DNA from: an uncultured bacterium
GTDB lineage: Bacteria > Patescibacteriota > Microgenomatia > UBA1400 > PJMF01
DNA: 64,000 nucleotides
Direction of reading: 5' to 3'
NCBI GenBank assembly: GCA_903842795.1
Contig: CAIMNJ010000013.1
Location: 5,302-69,301 of the forward strand
Every line of letters begins with the position of its first letter. Within the stretch, counting starts at the first letter, position 1. The position numbers and the translations under genes were made by a program. Shown one piece after another: positions 9,456-19,307 of this stretch. The notes under the pieces were generated by a model. It saw nothing but the letters and a program-made list of their open reading frames with translations. It searched no databases and had not been told where the DNA came from.

Positions 9456-10666
9456 AAATTAGTGCAATTTTTAAACTAGCTTTAAAATCGATTTTGCTTA
9501 ATAAGAGCAGATCTTTTTTGACGATGCTTGGTGTGATTATTGGTGTTGGCTCAGTGGTGCTTCTAACTAGCATTGGTACTGGTTTGCAGGCTTATGTCAC
9601 CGATCAATTTGCTAGTCTTGGTACCAATATTCTTTATGTTGTGCCTGGAAATCCTTTTGGTGAAAAAGGTGGTTTTGGTGGGCAGCAATCAGTGATTGAA
9701 AGAACTAAGCCAGTTCTTAAAAGAAGATATTTCAATTCGGTCATTCGTAATAACAGAGATTTAATTAAAGATGGTGTTTTTACTACAGCCACCGTGACTG
9801 GTGCTAAATATGGCAAAATCACCAAAACAGTTACTCTTTATGGAGTAACGAGTTCTTATGAGAGTGTTTACAATACTCAAGCAAATAAAGGTCGTTGGTT
9901 TACTAGTTCTGAAGAAGAAAAATCTGAAAGAGTTGCTTTGCTTGGTCCAAAAATTGCTGAGGAACTATTTGGTCAAATTGATCCAGTTAATAAAACAATT
10001 CTACTTAATGGTCAAAGTTACACAATTCTTGGTGTTTTGAAGGAAAAAGGTGGTGGCTTTGGTGGTCCAAGTTTTGACAGTTACGTTTATTTGCCCGCTG
10101 AAACAATTTTCAAATATTTTGATACTGAATTTATTGACTCTTTTATTTTTGAAGTCAGAAATAAAGAACAAATCAAAGATGCTAAATTAGCAATCGAAAA
10201 AACCATCGGTAAAGAGCTTAAGGATGATGAATTTACCGTTTTTGATCAGACTCAATTGCTTTCTACGATTAATAGCATATTAGGCATGTTAACTGTTGGT
10301 CTTGGTGGTATTTCTGCCATTTCATTAGTTGTTGGTGGTATTGGCATTATGAATATTATGTTGGTTTCTGTTACTGAGCGCACCCGTGAGATTGGTTTGC
10401 GCAAAGCTCTTGGAGCCACACCAAATTTAATTTTGGCTCAGTTCCTAATTGAAGCTGCACTCTTATCAGTAATTGGTGGTTTGATTGGTTTGCTGATTGC
10501 TTATCTTGGTTCATTGGCTCTGCAGGCTTATTTCCCAGCCAAAGTGACCATTCAAGCAGTTATTTTGGCTTTTGGTGTGTCTACAATTGTTGGTTTAATA
10601 TTTGGAGTGGCTCCTGCTAAAAAAGCAGCCAAGCTTTCACCAATTGAAGCTTTGCGCTACGAATAA
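9452..10666 (+). CDS. ABC transporter permease, FtsX/MacB family
   Basis: An N-terminal TM, a large periplasmic domain, and a C-terminal 3-TM FtsX-like domain. It is translationally coupled to the ATPase by a 4-nt overlap. Confidence 0.8.
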   Translation: MKISAIFKLALKSILLNKSRSFLTMLGVIIGVGSVVLLTSIGTGLQAYVTDQFASLGTNILYVVPGNPFGEKGGFGGQQSVIERTKPVLKRRYFNSVIRNNRDLIKDGVFTTATVTGAKYGKITKTVTLYGVTSSYESVYNTQANKGRWFTSSEEEKSERVALLGPKIAEELFGQIDPVNKTILLNGQSYTILGVLKEKGGGFGGPSFDSYVYLPAETIFKYFDTEFIDSFIFEVRNKEQIKDAKLAIEKTIGKELKDDEFTVFDQTQLLSTINSILGMLTVGLGGISAISLVVGGIGIMNIMLVSVTERTREIGLRKALGATPNLILAQFLIEAALLSVIGGLIGLLIAYLGSLALQAYFPAKVTIQAVILAFGVSTIVGLIFGVAPAKKAAKLSPIEALRYE

Positions 10667-10688
10667 TTTCTCAAATTTGAAGTCTGAA

Positions 10689-11885
10689 TTATAAGTCTGC
10701 TTTGGCAGTTTTCTCATTTATTTGTCTAACAATAATCCAAGTAGCAAAGAAAATTAAACCTGCTACTGAAAAACTTGCACTGTGGTGAAAATGATTGGCA
10801 GCTCCAGCCAAAAGTGGGCCAATAATTTGTCCAAGAGCAAGGTAAGCCTGATTGATGCCGAGAATTCCTCCCTGATCTTCACCATGAGAATATTCAGAAA
10901 TCATGCTAGAAGTCATGATCGTTTGTGGTGCAAAAGTTATCATATATAATCCTGAGATGAAAATAAAAAGACTGGTTGACTGAGGTATGTTAAAACTAAG
11001 CATAACTATTGTAGTCAAAAAAGAAGAAATCATTAAAATTGTTTTTTTGCTTTTGAAAACTTTGAGTAAAAATTTAATGCCAACAGCTTGCATTAATACC
11101 ATCAATAAGCCAATTAAACTGTACATCACTCCAATGTCATCAGAATTTAATTTCAAAAAATCCACGCTAAATGCCTGAAATCCCATGGTGAACATATTGT
11201 GAGCCGTGCTGCTTAAAAAAACGATCATCAGCACATGACCGATAGTGGGGATTTTGAGGGCATGAGCAATTTTTTTAAATTGAAAGAGACCTTCTTGTTT
11301 AACGTGTTTTTTGTGACGTTCAGTATTTGTTTCTGGCAATAGGAATAAAGCCATAACAGCTGATATAGCAGCTAAAATAGCTCCAACATAAAAAGGAAAA
11401 GTTAAACTAACTTTGCTTAAAAATCCTCCCAAAGCTGGTCCAAGCAAAAATCCGACTCCAAAGACTGCTCCAATAATTCCAAAATATCTAGTTCTATGTT
11501 TTGGTTCTACTTGATCAGCAATGACTGCTTGTGCTACAGAGTTATTTCCCCCAGTAATGCCATCAATAATGCGAGCAATAATCAGCATTAAGGGATTTGT
11601 GGCAATGGCAAAAAGAATTAGTCCAACTGCTGTGCCAAACAAACTAGTGACTAAAAGTGGTTTGCGACCGTAGCGATCTGATAGACGACCAATGATTGGT
11701 GTAGAAAAAAATTGAAAAACTGAGTAAATGCTAAACATTAGACCCATCATGAATGAGCTCATGCCAAATTTTTCAGCGTATGGATAAAGCAAAGGGATGA
11801 TTAGGCCATAACTCAGCGCATTGACTAGCATCACCAAACTAAGAATTAACAGAGTTTTATTGTATTTTTTGAACTTTAAATTCAT
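10689..11885 (-). CDS. MFS transporter
   Basis: 12 TM helices with the MFS motif GRLSDRYGRKPLL. Confidence 0.8.
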   Translation of the reverse strand: MNLKFKKYNKTLLILSLVMLVNALSYGLIIPLLYPYAEKFGMSSFMMGLMFSIYSVFQFFSTPIIGRLSDRYGRKPLLVTSLFGTAVGLILFAIATNPLMLIIARIIDGITGGNNSVAQAVIADQVEPKHRTRYFGIIGAVFGVGFLLGPALGGFLSKVSLTFPFYVGAILAAISAVMALFLLPETNTERHKKHVKQEGLFQFKKIAHALKIPTIGHVLMIVFLSSTAHNMFTMGFQAFSVDFLKLNSDDIGVMYSLIGLLMVLMQAVGIKFLLKVFKSKKTILMISSFLTTIVMLSFNIPQSTSLFIFISGLYMITFAPQTIMTSSMISEYSHGEDQGGILGINQAYLALGQIIGPLLAGAANHFHHSASFSVAGLIFFATWIIVRQINEKTAKADL

Positions 11886-11892
11886 AGCAAAC

Positions 11893-13149
11893 TTAGATAA
11901 TTTCTAAACTTTTGGCAATTTCACTAAAAGCTTGTACGAAATCGGCAATATCTTCTTTGGTGTGGGAAGCACAGAGCTGTACTCTAATTTCATCGCGACC
12001 TTTGGGAACAACAGGATAATTAATGTTGGTGACCAAAAAGCCTCTTTCATACATTTGCTTAGTTAAATCTCTAGTTTTGGTGGTGTCACCAATTAAAACT
12101 GCTTGAATTGGATGAATTGAATCTGCGGCGAATTTAAAACCTTTATCTTTTAGCTGAGTTTTGAGGTTAACAACGTTATTCGCTAATTTCTCCAGCATTT
12201 TTTTACCTTCTTCAGAATCAATCACGTCTAAAGAGGCGCCGGCAGCAGCAGCTGTTCCTGGTGAAATAGAGTTGGAGTAAATATAGGTAGCAGCAGATTC
12301 TCTCAAGTAATCAATTATAACTTGGTCGGCAACGACATATCCGCCATCGGCGCCAAAACCTTTGCCCAAAGTACCAACTAAAACATCGGCTTTGGCACCA
12401 GAGACTTCTTCGGTTCCACGACCAGTAGCGCCAAAGGCAGCTACTCCATGACAGTCGTCTACAATTAGCAAGACGCCTTCCTTGTATTTATTATCATATT
12501 GGTCGATAACGCTACGTAATGTTTTCAAATCTTGATATTCGCCAAGCATGCTAAATACTCCATCTGTGATGATGACTACTCTGTCAAACTTACCTGAATT
12601 TGAGCTGAGAACTTCAGCGAGTGAGTTACTGTCTAAATGCTTAAAAATAAGTTTAGCTTCGCTTTCCAAATTGGCCAAACGTACGCCATCAATAATGCTG
12701 CGGTGATTAAGTTCATCGGAGATTACTAAGGTATTGCCATTGACGAGAGAATCTTTATTCTGACCTTTGATTAAACTAAAAATCACTGCCAAATTAGTGG
12801 CAAAGGCAGAAGAAAAAACCATCGCGTCATCGCGACCATGAAAGGCAGCAAGTTTTTTTTCTAATTGGCGATGTATCGCAAAAGAACCAGAAATAAAACG
12901 GACAGCACCTGGTCCAGTACCAAGTTTGGAAGAAGCTTTATGTTCAGCTTCTTTAAGTGTATTATGGTGGCGTAAGCCAAGATAATCATTGGAATTGAAG
13001 ATGCTAATTTCTCGACCTTCAATAATAGCTTTTGGAGCTTCGTCCTGATTAAAATCTTCAATCAAATGCTCAAATCTTTTTGAAATTGCAGCCTCATCTA
13101 TGCGAGCAATTTCATTTTTTAGGGAATCAAAAAATTGTGTTTTAGACAT
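11893..13149 (-). CDS. kbl: Glycine C-acetyltransferase / 2-amino-3-ketobutyrate CoA ligase (PLP-dependent, AONS family)
   Basis: Class-II aminotransferase fold with the PLP-lysine region TLGKGFGADGGYV. It is paired with tdh. Confidence 0.7.
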   Translation of the reverse strand: MSKTQFFDSLKNEIARIDEAAISKRFEHLIEDFNQDEAPKAIIEGREISIFNSNDYLGLRHHNTLKEAEHKASSKLGTGPGAVRFISGSFAIHRQLEKKLAAFHGRDDAMVFSSAFATNLAVIFSLIKGQNKDSLVNGNTLVISDELNHRSIIDGVRLANLESEAKLIFKHLDSNSLAEVLSSNSGKFDRVVIITDGVFSMLGEYQDLKTLRSVIDQYDNKYKEGVLLIVDDCHGVAAFGATGRGTEEVSGAKADVLVGTLGKGFGADGGYVVADQVIIDYLRESAATYIYSNSISPGTAAAAGASLDVIDSEEGKKMLEKLANNVVNLKTQLKDKGFKFAADSIHPIQAVLIGDTTKTRDLTKQMYERGFLVTNINYPVVPKGRDEIRVQLCASHTKEDIADFVQAFSEIAKSLEII

Positions 13150-14086
13150 GGTTCAACCTTTCCTTAACTCCATTATAAAGAGCGAGAGTCATTTTATTTA
13201 AGTTAAATTCTTCTTGCCAGCCCCAATCAGCACGAGCTTGAGAATCATCGATTGTTTGTGGCCAACTTTCAGCGATTTGTTGGCGATTGTCTGGCTTGTA
13301 AGTGACTTGAAAATCTGGAGCAATTTTTTTGATTTCTGCTACTAATTCTGCTGGGGTGAAGCTGATAGCAGAAAAATTATAACTAGTGCGCACAGAGATT
13401 TTTTCACTAGGGGCTTCCATGAGTGCAATAGTGCCTTTGATAGCATCGTCCATGTACATCATTGGTAGGCGAGCGTCTTCTTTGAGAAAACATTCATAGC
13501 TATTGTTTTGAATTAAGCCATAAAAAATATGAATAGCATATTCAGTTGTCCCATCTCCAGGAGCAGCTTTGTAACCATTTAGTCCAGGATAACGCAAGCT
13601 ACGTACATCAACGCCATAGCGCTTGAAATAATATTGGCAGAGCAATTCACCAGTAACTTTACTAACCCCATAAATAGTGCTTGGTTCCAAGCTGGTGTGT
13701 TGTGGTACATTTTCTTTAGGAGTGGTTGGGCCAAAAGCTGCAATTGAGCTTGGCCAAAAAACCTTGATTTTATTTTCTTTGGCTATATCCAAGATATTTT
13801 TAAGACCATTAACATTGACATCCCAAGCCAAGTCTGGTTGTTTTTCACCACCGACAGAAAGCAATCCAGCAAGGTGGTAAATCTCGCCAATATCATATTT
13901 TCTCACCAACATCTCCATGGCTGCTTTATCTCGCACATCACCTTGTTCTAAAATTCCTTGAAAATTGTCATTAATGGTGGAGCGACCAAGAGCAATTACA
14001 TTTTCTTGTCCATATTTTTTTTGTAGTTCCAAGACCAAATCACTACCAACTAAACCAAAAGCACCAGTTACCAAGATTCTTTTCAT
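13142..14086 (-). CDS. tdh: L-threonine 3-dehydrogenase, GalE-like NAD-dependent epimerase/dehydratase family
   Basis: The Rossmann motif VTGAFGLVGS and an SDR-extended fold. It overlaps the kbl start by 8 nt. Confidence 0.65.
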   Translation of the reverse strand: MKRILVTGAFGLVGSDLVLELQKKYGQENVIALGRSTINDNFQGILEQGDVRDKAAMEMLVRKYDIGEIYHLAGLLSVGGEKQPDLAWDVNVNGLKNILDIAKENKIKVFWPSSIAAFGPTTPKENVPQHTSLEPSTIYGVSKVTGELLCQYYFKRYGVDVRSLRYPGLNGYKAAPGDGTTEYAIHIFYGLIQNNSYECFLKEDARLPMMYMDDAIKGTIALMEAPSEKISVRTSYNFSAISFTPAELVAEIKKIAPDFQVTYKPDNRQQIAESWPQTIDDSQARADWGWQEEFNLNKMTLALYNGVKERLNHV

Positions 14087-14161
14087 AAAAATCTCCTTTG
14101 AATATTTTTAATGCTATTAATATGAACAATATATTAGTCGCGATTGTAACTACAATTCATG

Positions 14162-14257
14162 CGCTAGATTTAGAGCTCGCCGTCGCCCTTTTCGAGGACT
14201 AGGCGGGTCCATCGTGCTTCGCTCGATTTGGAGCTCGCCGTCGGAGAGACAGGACTC
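14162..14257. repeat. GC-rich element: two about 24-nt direct repeats, plus a 17-nt exact duplicate of the tRNA-Pro 3' end
   Basis: cgctagatttagagctcgccgtcg (14162-14185) and cgctcgatttggagctcgccgtcg (14220-14243) are 22/24 identical. tcggagagacaggactc at 14241-14257 is identical to 14373-14389 inside tRNA-Pro. Confidence 0.5.
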
Positions 14258-14372
14258 CACCTTTCAGGTACTAACCAGGAGCTGTGCTCTTGGTGGCGGA
14301 ACCTGTAATTCAGGTTTTCGTCCATATCATCCCTACTTTGCAAACAGTGGCTTCTAACCACTGTTTTCAAAG

Positions 14373-14446
14373 TCGGAGAGACAGGACTCGAACCTGCGAC
14401 CTTACGCACCCCATGCGTACGTTCTAGCCATCTGAACTACTCTCCG
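14373..14446 (-). tRNA. tRNA-Pro (anticodon GGG)
   Basis: Acceptor CGGAGAG/CTCTCCG, D-arm GTTC..GAAC, anticodon stem TACGC/GCGTA with loop ATGGGGT, and T-arm GCAGG-TTCGAGT-CCTGT. A hairpin AACAGTGG-ttagaag-CCACTGTT follows the 3' end. Confidence 0.8.
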
Positions 14447-14691
14447 TTATGGTTTAAATTTTACCTCAAATTTTGGCGAATACTACTAACGCTACACTTG
14501 TTGCAGTCTAGATGATAAATAATGATTTTTATTAATAAATCCAAAGAAAAACCAAAAAAGCGAAGAAAAGGCAAAAACTGCTAGTTAACAAACTTTAAAA
14601 AATAGCTTACAAAAGAATAACAACAATTAAATTAAAGAAAGGAGCGGACAAATTTTTTAATCATCTGATTAAAAAATGAGTCACGAATGAT

Positions 14692-15723
14692 ATGTCTAAG
14701 AAAAAAATGGATGAAGGTTTAGAGCAAGTTCCAGATTCTAGCAAGAGACAAGCTGTTGAAATTGCCATGCAGCAGATTGAAAAGCAATTCGGAAAAGGTT
14801 CAATTATGAAGCTTGGCGAATCACTCAAAAACATGCCAAAAGTTCCAGTGATTTCTACTGGCTCATTGTCTTTAAATATGGCTTTAGGAGTGGGAGGCTA
14901 TCCAAAAGGTAGAATTATTGAAATTTATGGTCCAGAAGCTTCTGGTAAAACCACTCTTTGTTTACATGCTATTGCTGAAGTGCAGAAGAATGGTGGTGTA
15001 GCTGCTTTTATCGATGTAGAGCACGCTCTTGATCCTGTAAGAGCTGAAAAAATTGGAGTTAATTTAGAAGATGTACTTATTTCTCAACCAGATTATGGTG
15101 AACAGGCTTTAGAAATTGCTGAAACACTGGTTCGTTCTGGAGGTATTGATTTAGTAATTGTTGATTCAGTAGCTGCTTTGGTGCCCAAATCAGAAATAGA
15201 GGGTGACATGGGTGATCATCAAATGGGTACTCAAGCTCGTTTAATGTCACAAGCAATGCGTAAGTTGACCGCTGCTTTAAACAAAACCAAAACCACCATT
15301 ATTTTTACCAACCAAATTCGTATGAAAATCGGTGTGATGTTTGGCAGTCCAGAAACCACTACAGGTGGCAATGCTTTAAAGTTCTATGCTTCCATTCGTT
15401 TAGATGTACGTAAAATTGCCAATATTCAGGAAGGTGAAAAGGTTATTGGTAGTCGTCATCGTGTCAAAGTCAAGAAAAATAAAGTAGCTCCACCTTTCCA
15501 TCAAGCTGAATTTGATATGGATATTAACGGTATTTCCAGAGAAGGAGATGTGGTTGATATTGGTGCAGAAAAAGGTGTGATTGAAAAATCTGGTAGTTTT
15601 TTCAAATATAACGGTGAAGTGATTGCTCAGGGTCGTGAAGCTGTCAAAGACAGATTTAAAGAAGATAAAAAATTAATGAAAGATATTGAACAAGCTATCT
15701 GGAAGAAGATCCAGGAAGAGTAA
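14692..15723 (+). CDS. recA: Recombinase RecA
   Basis: Walker [10 protein letters not shown] and a conserved RecA core ([11 protein letters not shown]2 loop region). Confidence 0.9.
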   Translation: MSKKKMDEGLEQVPDSSKRQAVEIAMQQIEKQFGKGSIMKLGESLKNMPKVPVISTGSLSLNMALGVGGYPKGRIIEIYGPEASGKTTLCLHAIAEVQKNGGVAAFIDVEHALDPVRAEKIGVNLEDVLISQPDYGEQALEIAETLVRSGGIDLVIVDSVAALVPKSEIEGDMGDHQMGTQARLMSQAMRKLTAALNKTKTTIIFTNQIRMKIGVMFGSPETTTGGNALKFYASIRLDVRKIANIQEGEKVIGSRHRVKVKKNKVAPPFHQAEFDMDINGISREGDVVDIGAEKGVIEKSGSFFKYNGEVIAQGREAVKDRFKEDKKLMKDIEQAIWKKIQEE

Positions 15724-15742
15724 TTTTTTAAACTTACTTTCT

Positions 15743-15771
15743 TTGACTTTTTGCTTATTTTTTAATATAAT
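15743..15771 (+). promoter_or_regulatory. Consensus sigma-70 promoter TTGACT-17-TATAAT, about 200 nt upstream of rny
   Basis: ttgact at 15743-15748, tataat at 15766-15771. Confidence 0.5.
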
Positions 15772-15977
15772 CATGACTAGTATTTGTTAAAATTTATTAT
15801 TTAGTAGAATAAGCTAATCGCTTTAGAATCAGATTGAGTATATTTTTTTGGAATCCTAAACCTATTATCAGTATGCAAATTTTTTGCCTGACACCCATAA
15901 AATAATCTCTTACTCCATATCTTTTGGAGCTTTTTCTAAAACATTTTTTGGCCTTTTCTACTTAACGGAAGGTAGTT

Positions 15978-17600
15978 ATGTCGTTTTTTAGTAATTTATC
16001 AACGCTGTTTTCAGCAGAAGATGAAGCCAAGAAAAAAGCAAAAGTTCAACAAGCTAAGCCAGGTTTTCTTAAACCAGCTAATCATCAAGCTAAACCAGTT
16101 GTTGCTGCTAAGCCAGTCAAACAAACTCCACCATCTCCAGCTCAGGTGGCAAGTGCCAACTCTTTATTAGATAAAGCTAGAGCTGAAGCTGATTCTTTAG
16201 TTCGTGATGCCAGATCCAAGGCAAGAGAAATTATTGTTGAGGCGAAGGATGAATCTCTTGAAATTCGTTCCAAAATTGAGAAAGAAACTCGTCGCATCGA
16301 ACAAGAAATGGCTATTCAGCAAAGAGATTTGCAAAGCAAATTAGATAAGTTGGATTATCGTTTTGAGCAAATCGATCAAAAAGAACAAAGAATTGATCAG
16401 CTCAAAAAAGATCTTGAAAACCAAAAACTTGATTTGGATAAATCTAGAGCCAAAACTTTGGAAAAATTAGAAGAAATCTCTGGTTATTCCAAAGACAAAG
16501 CTAAAGAAGTTCTTTTTGAAGGTCTTGAGAAAAAACTCAGTCATGATTTAGCCAAAATGGTTGCTCAAAAAGAAGAGGAAGCCAAATTGGAGGCAGATGA
16601 GAAGGCTCAGGAAATTTTGATTGATGCCATGCGTCATGGTGCCACTGATTATGTCGCCGAATACACAATTTCTGTAGTAAATATTCCATCAGAAGAAATT
16701 AAAGGCAAAATTATTGGTAAGAGTGGCCGTAATATTCATACTTTTGAGCGTCGTACTGGAGTGGAAATCGATCTCGATTCTTCACCAACTGAAATCAAAC
16801 TTTCTAGTTTTGATCCGGTTCGTCGTGAAATTGCTCGTGTTTCCATGGAACGTCTGATCAAAGATGGTCGTATCCAACCAGCCAGAATTGAAGAAATTGT
16901 GGACAAGGTTGAGCAAGAAATTGAAAGAATCACTTTTGATGCTGGTAAAAAACTCATGCATGAAGTCGGTGTCTACAATATTCCAAATGGATTGGTTTCT
17001 ATGCTTGGCCGTTTTAAATATCGTTTCTCCTATGGTCAAAACATGATTAAACACACCATCGAAGAAACCAAAATGGGCACCATTATTGCTCATGAATTAG
17101 GTTTAGATGCCAATGTGGTTAAACTTGGATGCTTATTGCATGATATCGGCAAAATCTCTGGCAATCATGATGAAAGTCATGTCCAGGCTGGTGTACGTAT
17201 TGCCAAACAGTACAATATGCCACAAGAGGTCATTGACTGTATTGCTCAGCACCATGAAGATGAGCCTTTCTCAAGTCCAGAATCTATGGCTGTTTACATT
17301 GCTGATGCCATTTCAGGTGCTAGACCAGGTGCTCGTTACGAAAATCATGAAGATTACATCAAGAGATTGTCTGCTCTAGAAGCCATCGCTATGTCTTATG
17401 AAGAGGTTAAGCAGGCTTATGCTATTCAAGCTGGCCGTGAGCTTAGAGTGCTTTTGATTCCAGAAAAAAGCAAAGATGATGATGTAACTGTCTTAGCCAA
17501 TAAGATTCGTGATCGCGTCCAAAAAGAAGTGATTGTGCCAGGTAATGTTACCGTAACAGTCATTCGTGAATATCGCGAACAAGCAGTTACCAAAGCCTAA
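15978..17600 (+). CDS. rny: Ribonuclease Y
   Basis: An N-terminal TM helix, a coiled-coil, a KH domain (KGKIIGKSGRNI) and an HD domain (LLHDIGK). Confidence 0.85.
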   Translation: MSFFSNLSTLFSAEDEAKKKAKVQQAKPGFLKPANHQAKPVVAAKPVKQTPPSPAQVASANSLLDKARAEADSLVRDARSKAREIIVEAKDESLEIRSKIEKETRRIEQEMAIQQRDLQSKLDKLDYRFEQIDQKEQRIDQLKKDLENQKLDLDKSRAKTLEKLEEISGYSKDKAKEVLFEGLEKKLSHDLAKMVAQKEEEAKLEADEKAQEILIDAMRHGATDYVAEYTISVVNIPSEEIKGKIIGKSGRNIHTFERRTGVEIDLDSSPTEIKLSSFDPVRREIARVSMERLIKDGRIQPARIEEIVDKVEQEIERITFDAGKKLMHEVGVYNIPNGLVSMLGRFKYRFSYGQNMIKHTIEETKMGTIIAHELGLDANVVKLGCLLHDIGKISGNHDESHVQAGVRIAKQYNMPQEVIDCIAQHHEDEPFSSPESMAVYIADAISGARPGARYENHEDYIKRLSALEAIAMSYEEVKQAYAIQAGRELRVLLIPEKSKDDDVTVLANKIRDRVQKEVIVPGNVTVTVIREYREQAVTKA

Positions 17601-17627
17601 ATGATAGGCTAGAATTAGGAATAGAAT

Positions 17628-17843
17628 ATGAGTAATTTTTTATTAGCAGCTCAACTATTTGTTTCTCTGATTTTAATTGCTTTAGTTCTTTTGCAGCCAG
17701 GTACTGATGGAGGCACTGGTCTTTTTGGTGGTTCTGGTGAAACTTATCACACTAGAAAAGGCGTTGAGAAGCTATTGTATTATCTTACAATTTTTTTCTT
17801 AGTGCTTTTTATGGCTAGTTCTATTGCTCTTTTATTAATTTAA
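17628..17843 (+). CDS. secG: Preprotein translocase subunit SecG
   Basis: Two TM helices flanking LLQPGTDGGTGLFGGSG, a Gly-rich SecG signature. Confidence 0.7.
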   Translation: MSNFLLAAQLFVSLILIALVLLQPGTDGGTGLFGGSGETYHTRKGVEKLLYYLTIFFLVLFMASSIALLLI

Positions 17844-17848
17844 AGACA

Positions 17849-19249
17849 ATGCGTAAGTTATATTGGTATATCAGCAGCTACGTGCGCAAACATGGTTTGG
17901 TTTTCCTTTTGTCGATCATGGTTGCTTTATTGTTTTTTTCTTTTTTATTACCTCTAATCAATAAAAAAATGGCTTTCAAAAAGAGTACCTATATTGCTAT
18001 TGTTGGTCAATACACTTTAACTGATCTTCCCAAACCAATTAAGAATCAATTGAGTGCTGGCTTAACCAAAATAGGCGCCAACTTGGAAGCTGAACCCTTA
18101 CTAGCTGAACGTTGGGTGGTTGAAGACGATGGCAAGCAATATCGCTTTGTTTTGAAAAAATATGTTAAGTGGCAAGATGGTAAAACCCTAAAGCCAGAAG
18201 ATATTAACTATAATTTTTCTGATGTTCAAACAATCAGCACTCCCAATGAGGTAATTTTTACTCTCCCAGAACCCTTCACTCCATTCACGGTTTCTGTATC
18301 TGAGCCAATTTTGCGCATGGAATGGGAAAAAAAGTTTTTCACTGAAGACAAAGCCAAATTAATTGGTATTGGACAGTATAAAATGCTTGATTACAGGCTC
18401 AGAGGAAATAATTTAGCTGAATTCAAGATTGATGGTCCTGATGCTCGTTACATTTATCGTTTTTACTTAACTGAAAATGAAGCAGTTAATGCTTTCAAAA
18501 AGGGTGAAGTTGATGTGCTGCTTAATATTTCAGGTTGCTATGATTTGTGCGATTGGAAAAAGTTAGAACAAGCTAAAGAACTGTCCTATGATCGTTATTT
18601 AGCAGTTTTTTTTAATAATTCTGACCCTCTTTTAACCAAAAATATTCGCCAAGGACTTTCTTATGTTTTAGAGAAAAATTATGGCAAGGCTAGAGCAATT
18701 GGGCCAATTAATCCAAATTCTTGGGCTTATTTGCAAGGTGGTAAAGACTACGCAAAAGATTTTGATCGTGCTATTGAGCGTTTAACTAGCGAATTACCAA
18801 GAAATCCTTTGCATTTTGAATTGACGACTAGTTCTAATTTTGCTGATGAAGCTGAAAGTATCAAAAAAGAATGGGAAGCTTTTGGTCCAATAGCAGTAGA
18901 AAAATGTCAGGCCAATAAGGACATTAAAGACAAGAATCTTTGTAAAAATTTAGATATCAAAATAAATATTAAAATCAGTAACTTTCCTGATTTAGCCAAT
19001 TATCAATTATTATTAATTGGCCAAGAGTCTTCTATTGATCCAGATCAATACTTTATGTGGCACTCTTCTCAACCGATCAACTTTACTCACTATAAAAATA
19101 CTAGAATTGACAGCTTGCTTGAAAATGGTCGCAAAACTTTGGATTTAGAAAAACGTCGCACCATTTATCAAGAGTTCCAACAATTTTTATTAGAAGATCC
19201 TCCAGCAGTTTTCTTGCGTTATTTAGATAATTATTCAATTGCCAGATAA
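17849..19249 (+). CDS. Membrane-anchored extracellular solute-binding-protein family 5-like protein (OppA/DppA-like fold, short)
   Basis: An N-terminal TM anchor. AERWVVEDDGKQYRFVLKKYVKWQDGKTLKPEDI resembles the SBP_bac_5 N-terminal conserved block. Confidence 0.4.
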   Translation: MRKLYWYISSYVRKHGLVFLLSIMVALLFFSFLLPLINKKMAFKKSTYIAIVGQYTLTDLPKPIKNQLSAGLTKIGANLEAEPLLAERWVVEDDGKQYRFVLKKYVKWQDGKTLKPEDINYNFSDVQTISTPNEVIFTLPEPFTPFTVSVSEPILRMEWEKKFFTEDKAKLIGIGQYKMLDYRLRGNNLAEFKIDGPDARYIYRFYLTENEAVNAFKKGEVDVLLNISGCYDLCDWKKLEQAKELSYDRYLAVFFNNSDPLLTKNIRQGLSYVLEKNYGKARAIGPINPNSWAYLQGGKDYAKDFDRAIERLTSELPRNPLHFELTTSSNFADEAESIKKEWEAFGPIAVEKCQANKDIKDKNLCKNLDIKINIKISNFPDLANYQLLLIGQESSIDPDQYFMWHSSQPINFTHYKNTRIDSLLENGRKTLDLEKRRTIYQEFQQFLLEDPPAVFLRYLDNYSIAR

Positions 19250-19307
19250 TAAGCATTTTTCAACTCATCACGCTTTATGTAACTTTGCTTTGTAACAATT
19301 AGAAGTA

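Noticed and set aside
14170-14409. 79-aa minus-strand ORF in the ORF track
   Set aside because: It lies entirely within the GC-rich repeat element and overlaps the tRNA-Pro gene. Its composition reflects structured RNA or repeat DNA, not coding sequence.
14630-14680. AT-only palindrome TTTTTAATCATCTGATTAAAAA just upstream of recA as a possible SOS box
   Set aside because: It matches neither the Gram-positive (CGAAC-N4-GTTCG) nor the E. coli-type LexA consensus. It is composed only of A/T in an AT-rich genome, so it is likely chance.
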